63,992 nucleotides of DNA, filler included, from Octopus bimaculoides (GCF_001194135.2; 7 parts of 7 records of this genome joined end to end with filler, not necessarily neighbours in it), one strand, 5' to 3'; shown: positions 1 through 13,121, numbered from the whole stretch's first letter. Numbers and translations are program-made. Notes: generated from the sequence alone by a model not told the origin.

Positions 1-4
1 TTAA

Positions 5-35
<31 letters not shown>

Positions 36-119
36 CATCATCATCAAAAAATAAAAAAAATTTAAATCGTTAATATTATTATTATTAAAAAATAAAAAAA
101 ATTTTAACCGTTATTATTA

Positions 120-149
<30 letters not shown>
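1..149 (-). repeat. (TAA)n-rich microsatellite forming the 3' tail/target of the adjacent R4-like LINE
   Basis: Runs of TTA on + directly abut the 3' UTR of the minus-strand element. R4/Dong-clade elements are known to end in and target TAA repeats. Confidence 0.7.
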
Positions 150-150
<1 letters not shown>

Positions 151-1290
151 CCATATACACACAACATACTAGACTGTTGGAAAAGAAAAATTCCCAACAT
201 CGGGCTACAATAAGTAACCTTAGATGCCAAGAACCCTCCTAAGTATCCTAGCTGTCCCTAATAACACTGTTTTCTGGAGCTGTACTAAACTGGGTTTTAT
301 GCCTATTTCCTCTACCCATTTGTTCAAATTTTTAGGGATAGTTCCTAATGCACCAATAACTACTGGGATATATTTTACCCACATTTTCCATAGTCTCTGT
401 AATTCAATGGCTACGTCCTGGCACTTTGCTATCTTTTCTATAGCTCTCATATTGATTTTTTCATCATTTGGGACTGTCAGGTCAATTATCTGACACTTTC
501 TATACTCTTTATCTACTATTATTAAACCAGGCCTTCTAGCTTCTATTACTCTATCAGTTTAAATGTTAAAGTCCCACAAAATTTTGTATTTCTTACTTTC
601 TAGTACTTTACAAGGTTCATGCTCAATCCTAGCTTTCTACATAACTCCCAGTGGATTACTCTCCCTAGGCTGTCATGTCTTTTCTTGTATTCTTTCTGTG
701 CAAGCGTGCTACATTCACTCACTATATGAGCAATGCTTTCTTCTTTTGATTTGCATAACCTACATTGGGAATCTACTTGGATTTTGTCTATCTTGACTTT
801 TATCCAATGACTCCTTAATGCTTGATCTTGTGCTGCTACTAACAAACTTTCTGTCACTCTCTTTAGCCTTCTTTTCTGCAACTGTAACCATGTCTCACTA
901 CTACTATTTGCTGCAACTATCTTTAGGAACCTACCATGCAAAACCTTCTCCTGCCAGTCAGATAAGTTTTGTTCTTTTTCTGGTTTTTAACTTCGTTTGA
1001 TTCTTTGGTTTCCCTATGTCTTGCTGTGACTGTTGCAGTTCTTAAGTTTTCTTCACCATTATCTACATAGGAATCTATATCTACTCTAGCTAACTCCACA
1101 CAGTCTTCTATTGATATTAACCCTCTTCTGCATTCCTTTCTAGGTAAGTATAATCTTACTACTCCTGCCCTTGGGTGGCATCCTCTATTCATATTGAATT
1201 CTTTCCTAGTTCTTCTGTCTAGCTTTGCTATTTCAGTTTTTGTCCAATCAACAAAAGCTGCTGAGAATCTAGGTATTTATAGCCTTCAAT
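150..1290 (-). mobile_element. Decayed 5'-truncated R4/Dong-like non-LTR retrotransposon (RT C-terminus, CCHC knuckle, restriction-like endonuclease)
   Basis: Frameshifted ORF pieces: HPRAGVVRLYLPRKECRRGL; CRLCKSKEESIAHIVSECSTLAQKEYKKRHD; IPVVIGALGTIPKNL...LQKTVLLGTARILRRVL-stop, followed by a TAA tail. Confidence 0.9.
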
Positions 1291-1304
1291 AGATTCGGAT
1301 CATT

Positions 1305-1722
1305 TACCTTTTTTTGACAGCAAGGGTATCATCTACATCCACTGGGTCCCCTCTGGTCAGATGGTCAACAGAAAGTACTTTGTGAAGGTTTTAAGGGTGT
1401 TCAGAAAGTGATTGCATTCCAAAAGGCCAAAGCAATGGTACCAGGACAATGCAGCAGTCCACAATTCCATCCTGGTAACCAACTACTTGACAGAGATGGG
1501 CATCAAAACAGTTCCTACAGTGAGACCTTACACCCTGTGAGTTTTGGTTGCTCCCTAGCTGAAGAAGAATCACAGGAGCAGTCATTTTGAAGATGAAAGA
1601 GGCTGTGACAAAGGCCCTGAAAAACCTTCACTTTGGAGGACTTCCATAGGGTCATTCACAAAGTGTTTGGGGTACTACAACAAATGCATTGAAGCCAGAG
1701 GATTCTATTTTGAAGGAGATTA
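1305..1722 (+). mobile_element. Mariner transposase 3' fragment (pseudogene)
   Basis: Reads FFDSKGIIYIHWVPSGQMVN, QDNAAVHNSILVTNYLTEMGIKTV and YNKCIEARGFYFEGD-stop across frameshifts. Confidence 0.85.
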
Positions 1723-1860
1723 GAGTTTTATAGTTCTTTGAAATTAGTAAATGTCTCTGCTGAAAATGTCTTAAAATTTCTGGAATGCACTTTGTATCAC
1801 AGAACATAATTTTGAATAGAAGGATGGTCGGTGCGATGTTAAGTTGTCAGTAATATATTT

Positions 1861-1892
<32 letters not shown>

Positions 1893-1964
1893 NNNNNNNN
1901 NNNNNNNNNNNNNNNNNNNNNNNNNNNNNNNNNNNNNNNNNNNNNNNNNNNNNNNNNNNNNNNN

Positions 1965-2007
<43 letters not shown>

Positions 2008-2825
2008 TAGGTCCTGATAGAGAGAAAAACTGGCGTATTCTCAATGTAGCATTCAGCCCCAAACTCCTGGCTATCTACACCCCTTTGAGTGGAAGCTTGA
2101 GGGGAATTGAAAGACCATTGGTAGAACAGAAGTTGCAGGTATTTCACGGGTAAAAGCAATCTTCAAGTCTTATGAAGAGTAACATACATTATAATCAAGA
2201 AGACAAAGAATGAATTTAGTGCAACTTCATTATTAGTTACAGTTGCTTCAGTACCACTCCATTTCTAATGTGAGTATATACTATAAATAACTATTATAAA
2301 ATCCAATGACACCAATACCAGTTCACTCTCATCCTGACCATACTGTGTGATAAACACTCTTTTGTGAACATTAAAGCATTAAAAACATAACTTTCAATAT
2401 GAAAAATGTTGTGACCTGAATTTGAATGTTTACATTTTCACATCCATGCCTGATTGAACCCTAAACAATAACAAAATTCCCATTTCAAACAAATATAAAT
2501 CTTTCATCATAACTTTCTATCAAGACACACTCTACAAACACATACTTCCCTCCTATCCCTCCTTCCTACACAACTACTCCCCCAGTCTACCTACCTCACA
2601 GCTAATTATCATTCACAAAGCTCGACCCATCCACCCTGACCAAAAAAAAAAAAAAANNNNNNNNNNAAAAAACTTGCCAAAGACTATATAAAGTCAGAAT
2701 GTTTGAATGTAAGGAGTGAATGTTAACAACAGGAAGATCATCCAGCTATAAAACTCTCATCCAAGCCTGTTCACATGAAAAAATGGATGTTAAATAAATG
2801 GACAAATGTTTAGAACTAGACTTAC

Positions 2826-2897
2826 ATGACTAGAAATACAGGTTATAATAGACTCAACTCCCCAATTTTTTCTGATTACATTTCTGAAGTCTTCACA
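2826..2897 (-). CDS. RNASET2: Ribonuclease T2 family gene, internal exon (equivalent to human RNASET2 exon 8): CEDFRNVIRKNWGVESIITCISSH
   Basis: Acceptor tcttttctctgtttgtag, donor gtaagt, 72 nt, phase 0/0, open and in frame with the previous exon. Resembles VADFKDALARVYGVIPKIQC of human RNASET2 (from memory). Confidence 0.85.
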
Positions 2898-3080
2898 CTA
2901 CAAACAGAGAAAAGAATAGATACATGATTAGAGATAGAAACATGGAACAGGCAAAAATGAATGGAAGGACATATAAAAACATAGCTTGTTAGTGAGAAGG
3001 TGAATGTATATTTAGGTTTAAGTAGGTAGGTATATATGTAGGCAAGTAATTAGATAGACAACTACTTATGTAGGTAAGTA

Positions 3081-4310
3081 TTGGGTTGGCCAAAAAGTCT
3101 GATTGGTTTTTATCAGCACTAAACTTCAAGCATTCTAATAAGTAGCTAACTTCAGTCTGTCCCTTGTGCATATGCACTAATTAGATATTTGAGACTTCAA
3201 TGCAGTTTGATGTGAACTTTCGATGAGACAGGTTGTATTTTGTGTGTTTAGGATCACTCTGAAAATGGAGAGCCAAAAAAAAAAAAAACATTATCGACAG
3301 CTCATGCTTTTTCTATTTTATAAAAAGGTAAGAAAGCAGTGGAAAGCTGAAGGAAGATATGCATTATGTATGGAGAGGATGTTATTATGGAACATGAGTG
3401 CCAAAAGTGGTTTCCAACATTCCAATCAGGAAATATTTTGGTTCTCACTCTGGACAGCCAATTGAGATTAACAGTGACAAAATGAAGGAGTTAGCTGACA
3501 CCAATCCTTTTCTATGATCAGAAAGATCACAGATATTCTCCAAGTATCCAAATCAAGTGTTGAAAATCATCTGCATCAACTTGGTTACACCAGCAGGCTT
3601 GATGTTTGGGTTCTACATCAATTAAATGAGGCTAACCTCACCTAATGGTTTTCAATCTGCAATTTTTTTTACAGAAATGTAAAGAAAACAGTCATGAGGA
3701 AGCAGGCAATGTGAATCACCACAAACAACCTCCAAAACAAGACATCACTTAAAGAAGGTTACACTTTTAATTTGAAGGGATTGGAAGGGTCTTGTCTTTT
3801 ACAAGCTTTTTTCCATAGACAGGATCATCCATTTGGATGTGTGCTGTGACCAGCTGGACAAATTAACTACAGCAATCCACCAGGAGTGTCCAGCACTTGC
3901 TAATTGTAAGGGTATTGTCTTTTATCACGACAATGCCAGACTGCACACTTCTTTATGCATGCAGTAGAAGTTACAGGGGTTTGTTTGACTGGGAAGTTTT
4001 GCTGTACCTTCCATATTCAACCGACCTTGTGCCTTCAGATTTCCACCTGTTTTGATCTCTTCAAAATTCATTGAATAGATAAACCTTCAACTTGAAAGAG
4101 GATGTAAAAATTCACCTGGAAGAGTTTTTTTTTTATTAGTAAAGACAGGAAATCCTTTGAGAAGGAAATAAGGGATCTTCCCACAAGATGTTAGAAGATA
4201 CTGGAACAAAATGGCAATTATATCATTAACTAAATAAATCAGTTTGTGTTTAAAACTTGTATCCTATTTTTGCTTCAAAAAAATACCAACGAACATTTTG
4301 GCCAACTCAA
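3081..4310 (+). mobile_element. Near full-length decayed mariner element with TIRs and TA target duplication
   Basis: TA|TTGGGTTGGCCAAAA at 3079 and TTTTGGCCAACTCAA|TA at 4310. Remnant motifs MESQK..HYRQLML, WVLH, HDNARLH and YSTDLVPSDFHLF, with many stops. Confidence 0.92.
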
Positions 4311-4449
4311 TACATATGCATGTAGGTAAGTGGACAGATTGCAAAGGTCAGGAGTAGATAGTTAGGCTGAGATGCTAAAGAATGAGTTTCATAGATTGAA
4401 AGAGAAATTAGTATAGCGCACACATACATATATATATATATACATACAT

Positions 4450-5136
4450 GGGATCTTTGGGGTTTGACGGGCAACATTTTTTTGTAGTGTTTTTGGCACC
4501 GAAACACTTTCAAACTTCGAATATTTGTATATTTTGTGGTATAGAACAGATAAAAATTTTGTATTCGAAGTTATTTTATGGAAAAAATTGTCGTATTTCG
4601 GTAATTTCAACCAATCACTGACGTCTATTGAGGTGAAAACAATTAATGCCGTAACGGTGTCATGGGATCTTTTCCCTTGAATAAAATTAGNNNNNNNNNN
4701 NNNNNNNNNNNNNNNNNNNNNNNNNNNNNNNNNNNNNNNNNNNNNNNNNNNNNNNNNNNNNNNNNNNNNNNNNNNNNNNNNNNNTATGACTATTTTTGCC
4801 ATAACCTTAACTCTAACCCTATAACTCATAACCCTAACCCTAACCCCAACCCTAACCCTAAAACCCTAAACCCTTACTAGGGAATAATGATATAATTAAA
4901 CAGGGAATAACACACTTGACACCGAACAGCAGTAACTGTATTCAGCTGAATAGACGTCAGTGATTGGTTGAAATTACAGAAATACGACAACTTTAACATG
5001 AAATAACTTGCGATGTACAATTTTTTGTTAAGAAGGTTAAGAGAAGTTGTTTTATATGATACATTCTACCAGTGTCCCAAGTTTGAAAGTGTTTCGTTAA
5101 GAAAACAAATGTTGCCCGTCAAACCCCAAAGATCCC
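4450..5136. mobile_element. Foldback/MITE-like element with long imperfect TIRs and internal (TAACCC)n
   Basis: GGGATCTTTGGGGTTTGACGGGCAACATTT at 4450 is the inverse of 5107-5136. A second inverted block spans ~4565-4630 and ~4945-5010. Telomere-like repeats lie at ~4805-4875. Confidence 0.75.
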
Positions 5137-5244
5137 ATACATGTACATACACACACATACACATGTGTGCACATGCAAACACATACACACATATATGTAG
5201 ATACATATGTATGTGTGTGTGTATGTGCATGTGTGTGTGTGTTG

Positions 5245-5280
<36 letters not shown>

Positions 5281-5299
5281 ATAATAATAATAATAACAA

Positions 5300-7260
5300 T
5301 AATACCAGGATGGAAATTTATAAATATTAAATACATTACTATGTACGTTTCCACAGATCAGATGATTTTGACATCAGAGTTGTTATCCCTGGGATTAGTT
5401 CAGTATAATTCCATATTATCCATGAGGATCATCACTGATCCATTTCATCAGGTGATACTCGGATGAATCACAGAGGGATGTTTATCCTTTCTTGCCAGTA
5501 TGAAGGCCAATCTAGCTATGTGAGTATTTCTGAATATATTTGGTAGGGGTAGGTAGGTGATGGTAGTAGAGGTAGGAATGGTAGTAATATGGGGATGGCG
5601 GTAGTGTTGTTTGTGGTGGTGCTGGATTTATTTGCTATTCATTTTGCAGATTTTAAGGATGGTCATTCATTCAGCAGATTTAAGGATGGTAGTATATTTC
5701 TTTGTTCTATTTAATTCAAGACAGTTCTGTTAGCCGTGGTTGGTTTATATATCTCATCTGGTTTTATTCCATTTAGTTTTGTGTTATTTAGTTTGTGGGA
5801 AGTTGCATATGCTAGTTTTACATTGTGTCTGTTNNNNNNNNNNNNNNNNNNNNNNNNNNNNNNNNNNNNNNNNNNNNNNNNNNNNNNNNNNNNNNNNNNN
5901 NNNNNNNNNNNNNNNNNNNNNNNNNNNNNNNNNNNNNNNNNNNNNNNNNNNNNNNNNNNNNNNNNNNNNNNNNNNNNNNNNNNNNNNNNNNNNNNNNNNN
6001 NNNNNNNNNNNNNNNNNNNNNNNNNNNNNNNNNNNNNNNNNNNNNNNNNNNNNNNNNNNNNNNNNNNNNNNNNNNNNNNNNNNNNNNNNNNNNNNNNNNN
6101 NNNNNNNNNNNNNNNNNNNNNNNNNNNNNNNNNNNNNNNNNNNNNNNNNNNNNNNNNNNNNNNNNNNNNNNNNNNNNNNNNNNNNNNNNNNNNNNNNNNN
6201 NNNNNNNNNNNNNNNNNNNNNNNNNNNNNNNNNNNNNNNNNNNNNNNNNNNNNNNNNNNNNNNNNNNNNNNNNNNNNNNNNNNNNNNNNNNNNNNNNNNN
6301 NNNNNNNNNNNNNNNNNNNNNNNNNNNNNNNNNNNNNNNNNNNNNNNNNNNNNNNNNNNNNNNNNNNNNNNNNNNNNNNNNNNNNNNNNNNNNNNNNNNN
6401 NNNNNNNNNNNNNNNNNNNNNNNNNNNNNNNNNNNNNNNNNNNNNNNNNNNNNNNNNNNNNNNNNNNNNNNNNNNNNNNNNNNNNNGATTTTAAGGATGG
6501 TCATTCATTCAGCAGATTTAAGGATGGTAGTATATTTCTTTGTTCTATTTAATTCAAGACAGTTCTGTTAGCCGTGGTTGGTTTATATATCTCATCTGGT
6601 TTTATTCCATTTAGTTTTGTGTTATTTAGTTTGTGGGAAGTTGCATATGCTAGTTTTACATTGTGTCTGTTTATGATTTTGTGATATTTGGAAGATTTGG
6701 GGAAATGTCTATCTAATGCTGTGAAGAATTCTTGACCTATTTTGGATTTTACCTGTGAATCAAAGATCAGATTAAACTAGATAATTTCATCAGTTATTTT
6801 TCAATTTCTTTTAATATATCTGTTAGGTTTGTTCATGTTTCCTTGGTTTGTTGTCATTTTTACTATTTGTATTTAAAGGTGGGATTCTTTCTTACTTTGG
6901 CTGCAGTTTCATGGGTTCTGTTTTATATCTATTTCTGTTATTGTCATGGTGTTTTCTTTCCCTTTTGGTCCCTATTAGATTTACTATTTTTCTAAGTTCT
7001 TGTATTCTGCAGCTATTTATATGATCATTGGAACTATTGATAGTGGCTCTGGGTCTTGGGTCTTCCAAGTTCTTATTTGGCTTATGGAATGGTTCAAATT
7101 TCCCATCAGTAAGGCTAAGTTTTACACCTAGGAATTTTATGACTGTGATTTTTTCTATTTCAATTTTTAATCTAAAGTTCTTCAAAAATTTTAAGAGTTT
7201 TCCTGCATCTTTCTATTTCTACTTTGTTACTTTGGTGTATAGTGAACAGTGCATCGTCTC
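5300..7260 (-). mobile_element. Decayed Penelope-like retroelement fragment (RT C-terminal part and downstream region), spans a gap
   Basis: KITVIKFLGVKLSLTDGKFEPFHKPN resembles the PLE RT motif VNFLDVTLNL..GKY.PY.KPN, which is also seen in the copy at 28887-29216. Boundaries are approximate. Confidence 0.6.
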
Positions 7261-7438
7261 TATGTAAACCTCCTCACCATATTTGGTAGCCAACATCCAA
7301 TTTCCAATAATAAGTATATGCCAACCAAATCTGTAACTTGTGCAGAGTCACTAGACCCCATTGTCATGTCAAATGAGTCAACCCTGTTTGATCGAGTCCT
7401 TAGCTTATCTCCATATTCTATAGTAGTATTCTAGTGGT

Positions 7439-7692
7439 ACACTGGTGATTACTACAGAAATCAAAACGAAGGCAAATTTGGTTAAGACAATCTACTTACA
7501 TTTAAATATATGGATTTATGTGGACTAGTTTCTGCACTGGCATAATATCCTGGTAATGCATGCTGAAGAAGCTAAGGCATATTGTGCCAATGCAGAAACT
7601 AGTCCACGTAAATCCATATACTTAAATGTGTGTAAGTAGATTCTCTTAACCAAATTTGCCTTTGTTTTGATTTCTGTAGTAATCACGAGTGT
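7439..7692. repeat. Long palindrome (~108-bp arms, ~34-nt spacer) with a degenerate hammerhead-like motif at its centre
   Basis: 7439-7546 is the reverse complement of 7581-7692 with few mismatches. CTGAAGA lies at 7563 and GAAACTAGTC at 7595. Confidence 0.85.
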
Positions 7693-7896
7693 ATTTTTTG
7701 GCGATTTAATAACGAGTTTTGACTGTTATTTCAAGCAGGTAGACATACTTAGTATGTCCTTTGATTAATTTTAATCCCTTGGCTATTTAAATGCTATTGT
7801 TTGGCCTGCAGTCGCCTGTATCATTGATTCTGTTATTATCATTCTTAAACTAGTGACATTGGATAATACTAGAATTAACGGTACCTTTGTAAATTA

Positions 7897-7935
<39 letters not shown>

Positions 7936-8127
7936 CATACATGCAACACAAAAAATGTGTCTACACATGGACAAAACAGAAGCTAGCATTGTAGGTCACA
8001 TAGGTCACCACTAAAATGCTACACACATTTATTCATCTGAGACCTTGATTTTAGGCAACTCTCACACGGATCTTGATGATAAATGTTCCAGTTGCTCACT
8101 CAGCAGAACTAACAATTCATTAGTGAA

Positions 8128-8270
8128 GGCTCATGGTACAGTGGTTAGAGTGTTCATCTCATGATTATAAGGTTGTGGATTTCATTCATATATCAAGCAG
8201 CATGTTGTGTCCTTGAGTAACCTACTTCATTTTACATTGCTCCAGTCTACTCAGCTGTAATGAGTACCAA
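8128..8270 (+). mobile_element. tRNA-derived SINE (decayed); similar heads at ~9185-9300, 13330-13620 and 52060-52180
   Basis: A-box-like GGTACAGTGGTTAGAG followed by the shared body GTTGTGTCCTTGAG...CATTGCTCCAGTCTACTCAGCTG that recurs in the window. Confidence 0.7.
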
Positions 8271-8809
8271 CCAGGTGCTGGTGTGGCTTTCTCTTCCTCC
8301 AGCTGTCACATACTGGGCATTCTGCTGGTTTAAAGGTGAAGGAGTGAGCAGGCCCAGGAAGGTATCTATGTTTGCTCGTAACTACATAGGCACCTAAAAC
8401 AATTAGCAAAAGCATGCTACATGTTAGCAAGCCATACTCACTTGCAAGTGACAGCTGGCTGTATGTACTACGTGTTATAGTATACTGCTGCATTTGATAT
8501 AATTTCCAGGTGAACTAAGAATGACAAAGTGTATAACAAAGCTGGACCCTCGAATAACAGGCATAGTCAGTCCATTGGGTTTTCATATGATTTCTGTCCA
8601 TCCAATTTTATTCACAAAGCTGGAGCAACTGGAGACTAAGGTAGGAGACACTTGCTAACGATGTTATGAAGTGGGATTTGAACATGGGATATCATGATGG
8701 TGAGGTGAACTTCTTAACCACTCATTCATGTATTCAACATACAAGTGCACACACAGATATAGGAACACATGTATCCATACAAACATCAATAGTAAAAGCA
8801 ACGACCTAC

Positions 8810-8858
8810 CTTGTAAGATGTATAGTTCACTGCAATAATGCCACTGCTTTCATAAATC
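8810..8858 (-). CDS. RNASET2: Ribonuclease T2 internal exon (human exon 7 equivalent): (Q)IYESSGIIAVNYTSYK
   Basis: Acceptor tccttgtctttggcag, donor AAG|gtaggt, 49 nt, phase 2/0, which fits both neighbouring exons. Confidence 0.85.
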
Positions 8859-9329
8859 CTGCCAAAGACAAGGAGCAACGCTTAAAACGTTTCTCATCAA
8901 AGATTAGGTTTTATTTAACCTTTTAACATTTAAATTGGCCATATTCAGTCAAAATATACTACATATCTTATGTTCAAATTAGCCAGATCCAACCTCTCAC
9001 CCTTACACTACAATGTCAGTCTACAAACAAACTCTCATATCATGAAAGTCTAAAAGCTACAAGATAATACATGATTAATTTAAGACAATGAGAATAAATA
9101 AGCATTACATCTGACAGAGTAATCTGAATGCTAAACAATTAATTTAAAGCATTAGGTGTCAATATTTTGTTGACCCTGTGGAGGTGAATGTCTTAGTGGT
9201 TAGAGTGTTGAACTCATGATCGTAAGATTGTGGTTTTGATTCCTGGACCAGGTGATGTGTTGCATCCCTGAGCAAAACGCTTCAGTTCACATTGCTCCAC
9301 TCCACATTTTGTTGTGACAAGCTGGGAAT

Positions 9330-9500
9330 AATGCTTAGTGGCATTTCGTCCATCACTACATTCCGTGTTCAAATTCCACTGAGGTTGACTTTGCTTTTCA
9401 TCCTTTCAGGGTTGATAAAATAAGTACCAGTCAACCACTGGGGGCCGATGTAATTGACTAACCCTTCCCCGAAACTGCTGGCCTTGTGTCAAAATCTGAA
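9330..9500 (+). mobile_element. Second SINE family; further copies at ~32370-32530(-), 44890-45030(-) and 59855-59990(+)
   Basis: Shared body GTTCAAATTCC..CGAGGTCGACTTTGCCTTTCATCCTTTCGGGGTCGATAAA, containing a B-box-like GTTCAAATTCC. Confidence 0.7.
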
Positions 9501-11016
9501 ACCAATATTTTGCTGACCCTACATCAGAATGGCTGACTGAATAAAGTATTGAACTATCGGTTCATAGGTCTCAAGTTCAAAGACACAGTAGTTCTGTTTT
9601 GTAGTATATTTGAGCAGTACACTTGTAGTTGTTGTTATGTAGCCTTTCATCTCGACTGAGCAGAATTATGACTAAAGGTATTCCAGCTATGACCATCCAG
9701 TCTTTTGTTCAGATATATTTTATGTAGTACTACATTACTCAATGTCATCATCATCATTTTAACATTCACTTTTACAAGTATTTTCCTCAGTACCTCCGAG
9801 CAAAATGCAGTGCCATGTCCACAAGCAGCTGTGGTGGGTATGCAGGTGTCCACGAGGTGTGAGTGCAGTTCCCAGTTGACAGTGTACATGAGCAGACCAG
9901 TTGACGGTATGGCAGCAGACAGACCACGTGGACGTTGTGAGTGACCCCTTCCAAGTAGACCTCCATAACTCTCCCTCTACTTCTTTCTGTTTGTCTTTTC
10001 CTTCTTCACATCACAATGATAACAAAGGTACCATCACATGGTATAAAACATCAAATGGTCACCCAATAACATATGTATCTACTGTCTACTTGTTTCAGCA
10101 CACTAGTCAAAAGTTATAGTTGTTTAACCATAGGTAAGTCCTGGTTAAAGAAATCTGTGATCAAAGATGTTCCAACCATGACTAGTTCAACATTTATTGG
10201 GTGTAACTTATCTTAGATTACATCTTTTTTTTTTTAATTGCTTGGTCAGAAGAGAAAGGATGGCATCAGTTACCCTTTTCAGGGGCTCCAAGACAGTTTG
10301 AAGAAAAGGTGGAAGTTATTCTTAGATAAGAGACCTAACCTGAACACTTGCAACACAGTGAGATGTGCTCCAGATACCCAGGAGCTAAATGTGGTCTTAA
10401 ACCATCTGACAAATTAAGTTAACTACCTAAGAACAAGAGCAGCCACTCTGCTGGGCTGCCACATAGATTTTGTCTTCTAAACTTCACTCACAGGGTTTTG
10501 GTCAACTTGAAGTTATTGTAGGAAACATTTGCCCAAGGTGTCAAGCAGAAAAATCAGTCAAATCTAAAACCATGTATTTGCAAAGAGAGCTTCTCAACCA
10601 CACCTGCCTCTTATGATTTAATGCAGATTTCTCTTTCTTGTCTTAAGGTGCTAGGTTAACATCCAGTCAACAAAGCTAGTGTTGTTTTGATTCTCTGATA
10701 ATAGAATTGAGAAAGTAATTTTAACTACACTTTTCAGGTACTTAAACCAGCAGCTAACTTAGAGAAATGCTTAGCTTAATTTGTGTGTGTGTGTGGAAGT
10801 GCATGAGGGAATGCTTGAGAATGCATGTGATTATATGAATACATATATGATTAAGTGTATGTGGTTTTGTGGGATTGCGTGATTGCTTGATTGTGCATGG
10901 TGTGTGTATGTGTGAGTGTGTGTATGTGTGTGTATGAGTGTGTTAGTGTGTGTGAAGGACACATTGCATGTGACTGTGAGAGTGGAAGAGATTAGTTTCA
11001 GCTAGTAAATACTTAC

Positions 11017-11130
11017 TGTTTAAGGTTATACTTCTTGTTAAGCTTGATCCCCATCTCAAAGTAAGATTTCTCATTGAAGATAAAGGGTTTGTCCACAGCA
11101 CAAGTTCCATGTTTTTCCCATTCATGTTTC
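11017..11130 (-). CDS. RNASET2: Ribonuclease T2 exon with conserved active-site segment CAS II: (W)KHEWEKHGTCAVDKPFIFNEKSYFEMGIKLNKKYNLK(Q)
   Basis: HEWEKHGTC is the RNase T2 CAS II signature. Poly-T acceptor ...cattcattctcag, donor gtaagt, 114 nt, phase 2/2. Confidence 0.95.
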
Positions 11131-12299
11131 CTGAGAATGAATGAAAAAAAAAAAAAAGTTCCTTAGATTAAGCTTTCAAGGCTTGGATAAAATATCTTAT
11201 CATATACATTCTTGTAACCATTATCACCATAATATAAAAGATTTGTTGTTATGTATTGTTGGCAAATTATAGGAAGTATGGAAGACTTACAGGTAGACAG
11301 ACACATAGATGTATAGACACATATATATATATATATACAGTTACATATTCACTAATACAGACACAAGTAAATTAATGTTATTGGTGTCATAAAGGGCATC
11401 CAGCCATAGAAACCATGCTGAAGCAGACAGTAGGGCTAGGTGCAATCTTCTGACTAACCAGTAACTGTCAAACCGTCCATCCCATGCCAGCATGGAAAAT
11501 GGACATTAAATGATGACAATGATGATGACTTCTTAGGTTTAACCTTTCCTTTAATGATAGTTTTCTTCTCTATACCAAATTCTTTGTTATTCTTTTCAGT
11601 TGCCTTGAAAGTAGGCAGAAACGTTTAGTATTGCTAGTGTCTATTTGCAGTAACTACAATAATTTTCTCTTATCTTTTATCTATTGATTGCAGCCATGCC
11701 AGTGGAACCATACCAGTGGGACCATGCCAGAGGGGCCATGCTGGTGGGGCACTGCCTTGAAGGCAGGTTTTAGTTGAATAAATGAAACCCAGTACTCGTT
11801 TTTAAGTATGGTGCTTATTCTATAAGTCTTTTTTACTGAACTACTAAGTTACAGGGTTGTAGACAGACCATCACCAATTATCAACTGGTCGTAGGGAACA
11901 AATACCTGCACACACACACACATTGAAGGCATTTGAGCTAAATTTGATGATTTTTTTAGTGCCACCTTTTTTCAGGAACAGTTTGATGAATTGGCAAACA
12001 GTCAATGACATTGCAGAACATAAAAATTAAAGATATAGGCGAGAAAAAGTGAACTGACATGAAGGACTGGAAGCCGTCTGAATATTGGAAAAGAGTTACT
12101 CGTATCACAATGATTCATGCCAGGTATCAAAATACCAACATCATGATTTCTGCTCAATGTCCTGTGAAAGCTGGAAAGGCCATAAGATATAACACAGACA
12201 ATGGCAGTGGAGACTATGAAACTATGACCAACAGGAAGAGACACAACAGGCATTCTCACTGCATCCACATGCTGGAATTCATCCCCATGTCTTTGAACA

Positions 12300-12801
12300 G
12301 GGCCTTAGGCTAAATTCATACAGCTATGTGAAGCTATTGGAGATTGTGGTCAGTCTCTGGCTGGAGAGGATTACTACTGGAAGGCCATATGTGTGACAGC
12401 AGGATTTGGTCCCTTGCCATACCTCTGGAAAGAGTCAGAGGTGGTTCACCAACTTCACCAGCCCTAATTTCTGGCCTCCTAATTCACTCGATTGTAATCC
12501 CATGGATTATAATGTGTGGAATGCAGTTGCAAAAGACACCAATTACTCTGCCTAAAATTGCAATGCCAAACTGGTAGCCAAGATCAAGAAGGTGTTCGAA
12601 GATCTTCCCAGAGACATAGTAAAGAACACCTGCACCAGGTTCCAGATCTGTCTTAAGACCATGACGGAAGCTGAGGGCAGCTACTTTGAGTAAACTGTTA
12701 TCTTGATATTTTTTGATTTTTAAAATACTTTCATTTTTGGATGGGATATTGTGTTTTCTTTTCCTTTTATGAAATCTGTCAAATTTAACCCAAACACCTA
12801 G
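12300..12801 (+). mobile_element. Tc1/mariner-superfamily transposase 3' fragment with right terminus
   Basis: Decayed QQDxxPCHTS and FWPPNSxDCNPMDYNVW motifs. Ends ...AAACACCTAG|TA. Confidence 0.75.
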
Positions 12802-13121
12802 TATATATACTATGGGCTTCCATACAGTTTCTGTCTACCACACAGTGGGACTGAACCCAAAATCATGTGCTTGTAAAGCAAGCCTCTTAATCATACAACT
12901 ACCATTTATCTTTTATTTGTTTCAGTCATTATACTATGGCCATGCTGGAGCACCACCTTGAAGAATTTTTAGTCGAATGAATCAACCCCAATATGGTTTT
13001 TTTAAACCTGGTACTTATTTTATTGATCTCTTTTACTGAACCACTAGGCTACAGGGACATAAAAACACACCAACATTGGTTATCAAATGGTGGTGGAGGA
13101 CAAAGACAGACAACACACACA

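Noticed and set aside
1990-2560. Candidates for the last RNase T2 exon (VCLDRKL; RLEDC; AECYIENTPVF)
   Set aside because: Each is broken by stops or lacks a phase-0 acceptor.
5648-6671. Identical ~185-bp sequence on both sides of an N gap
   Set aside because: Exact duplication flanking a gap is typical of unmerged overlapping contig ends, so it is probably an assembly artefact.
9791-9938. GC-richer plus-strand segment with AG/GT ends and an open frame
   Set aside because: No recognisable protein, antisense inside an RNase T2 intron, and likely a repeat remnant.
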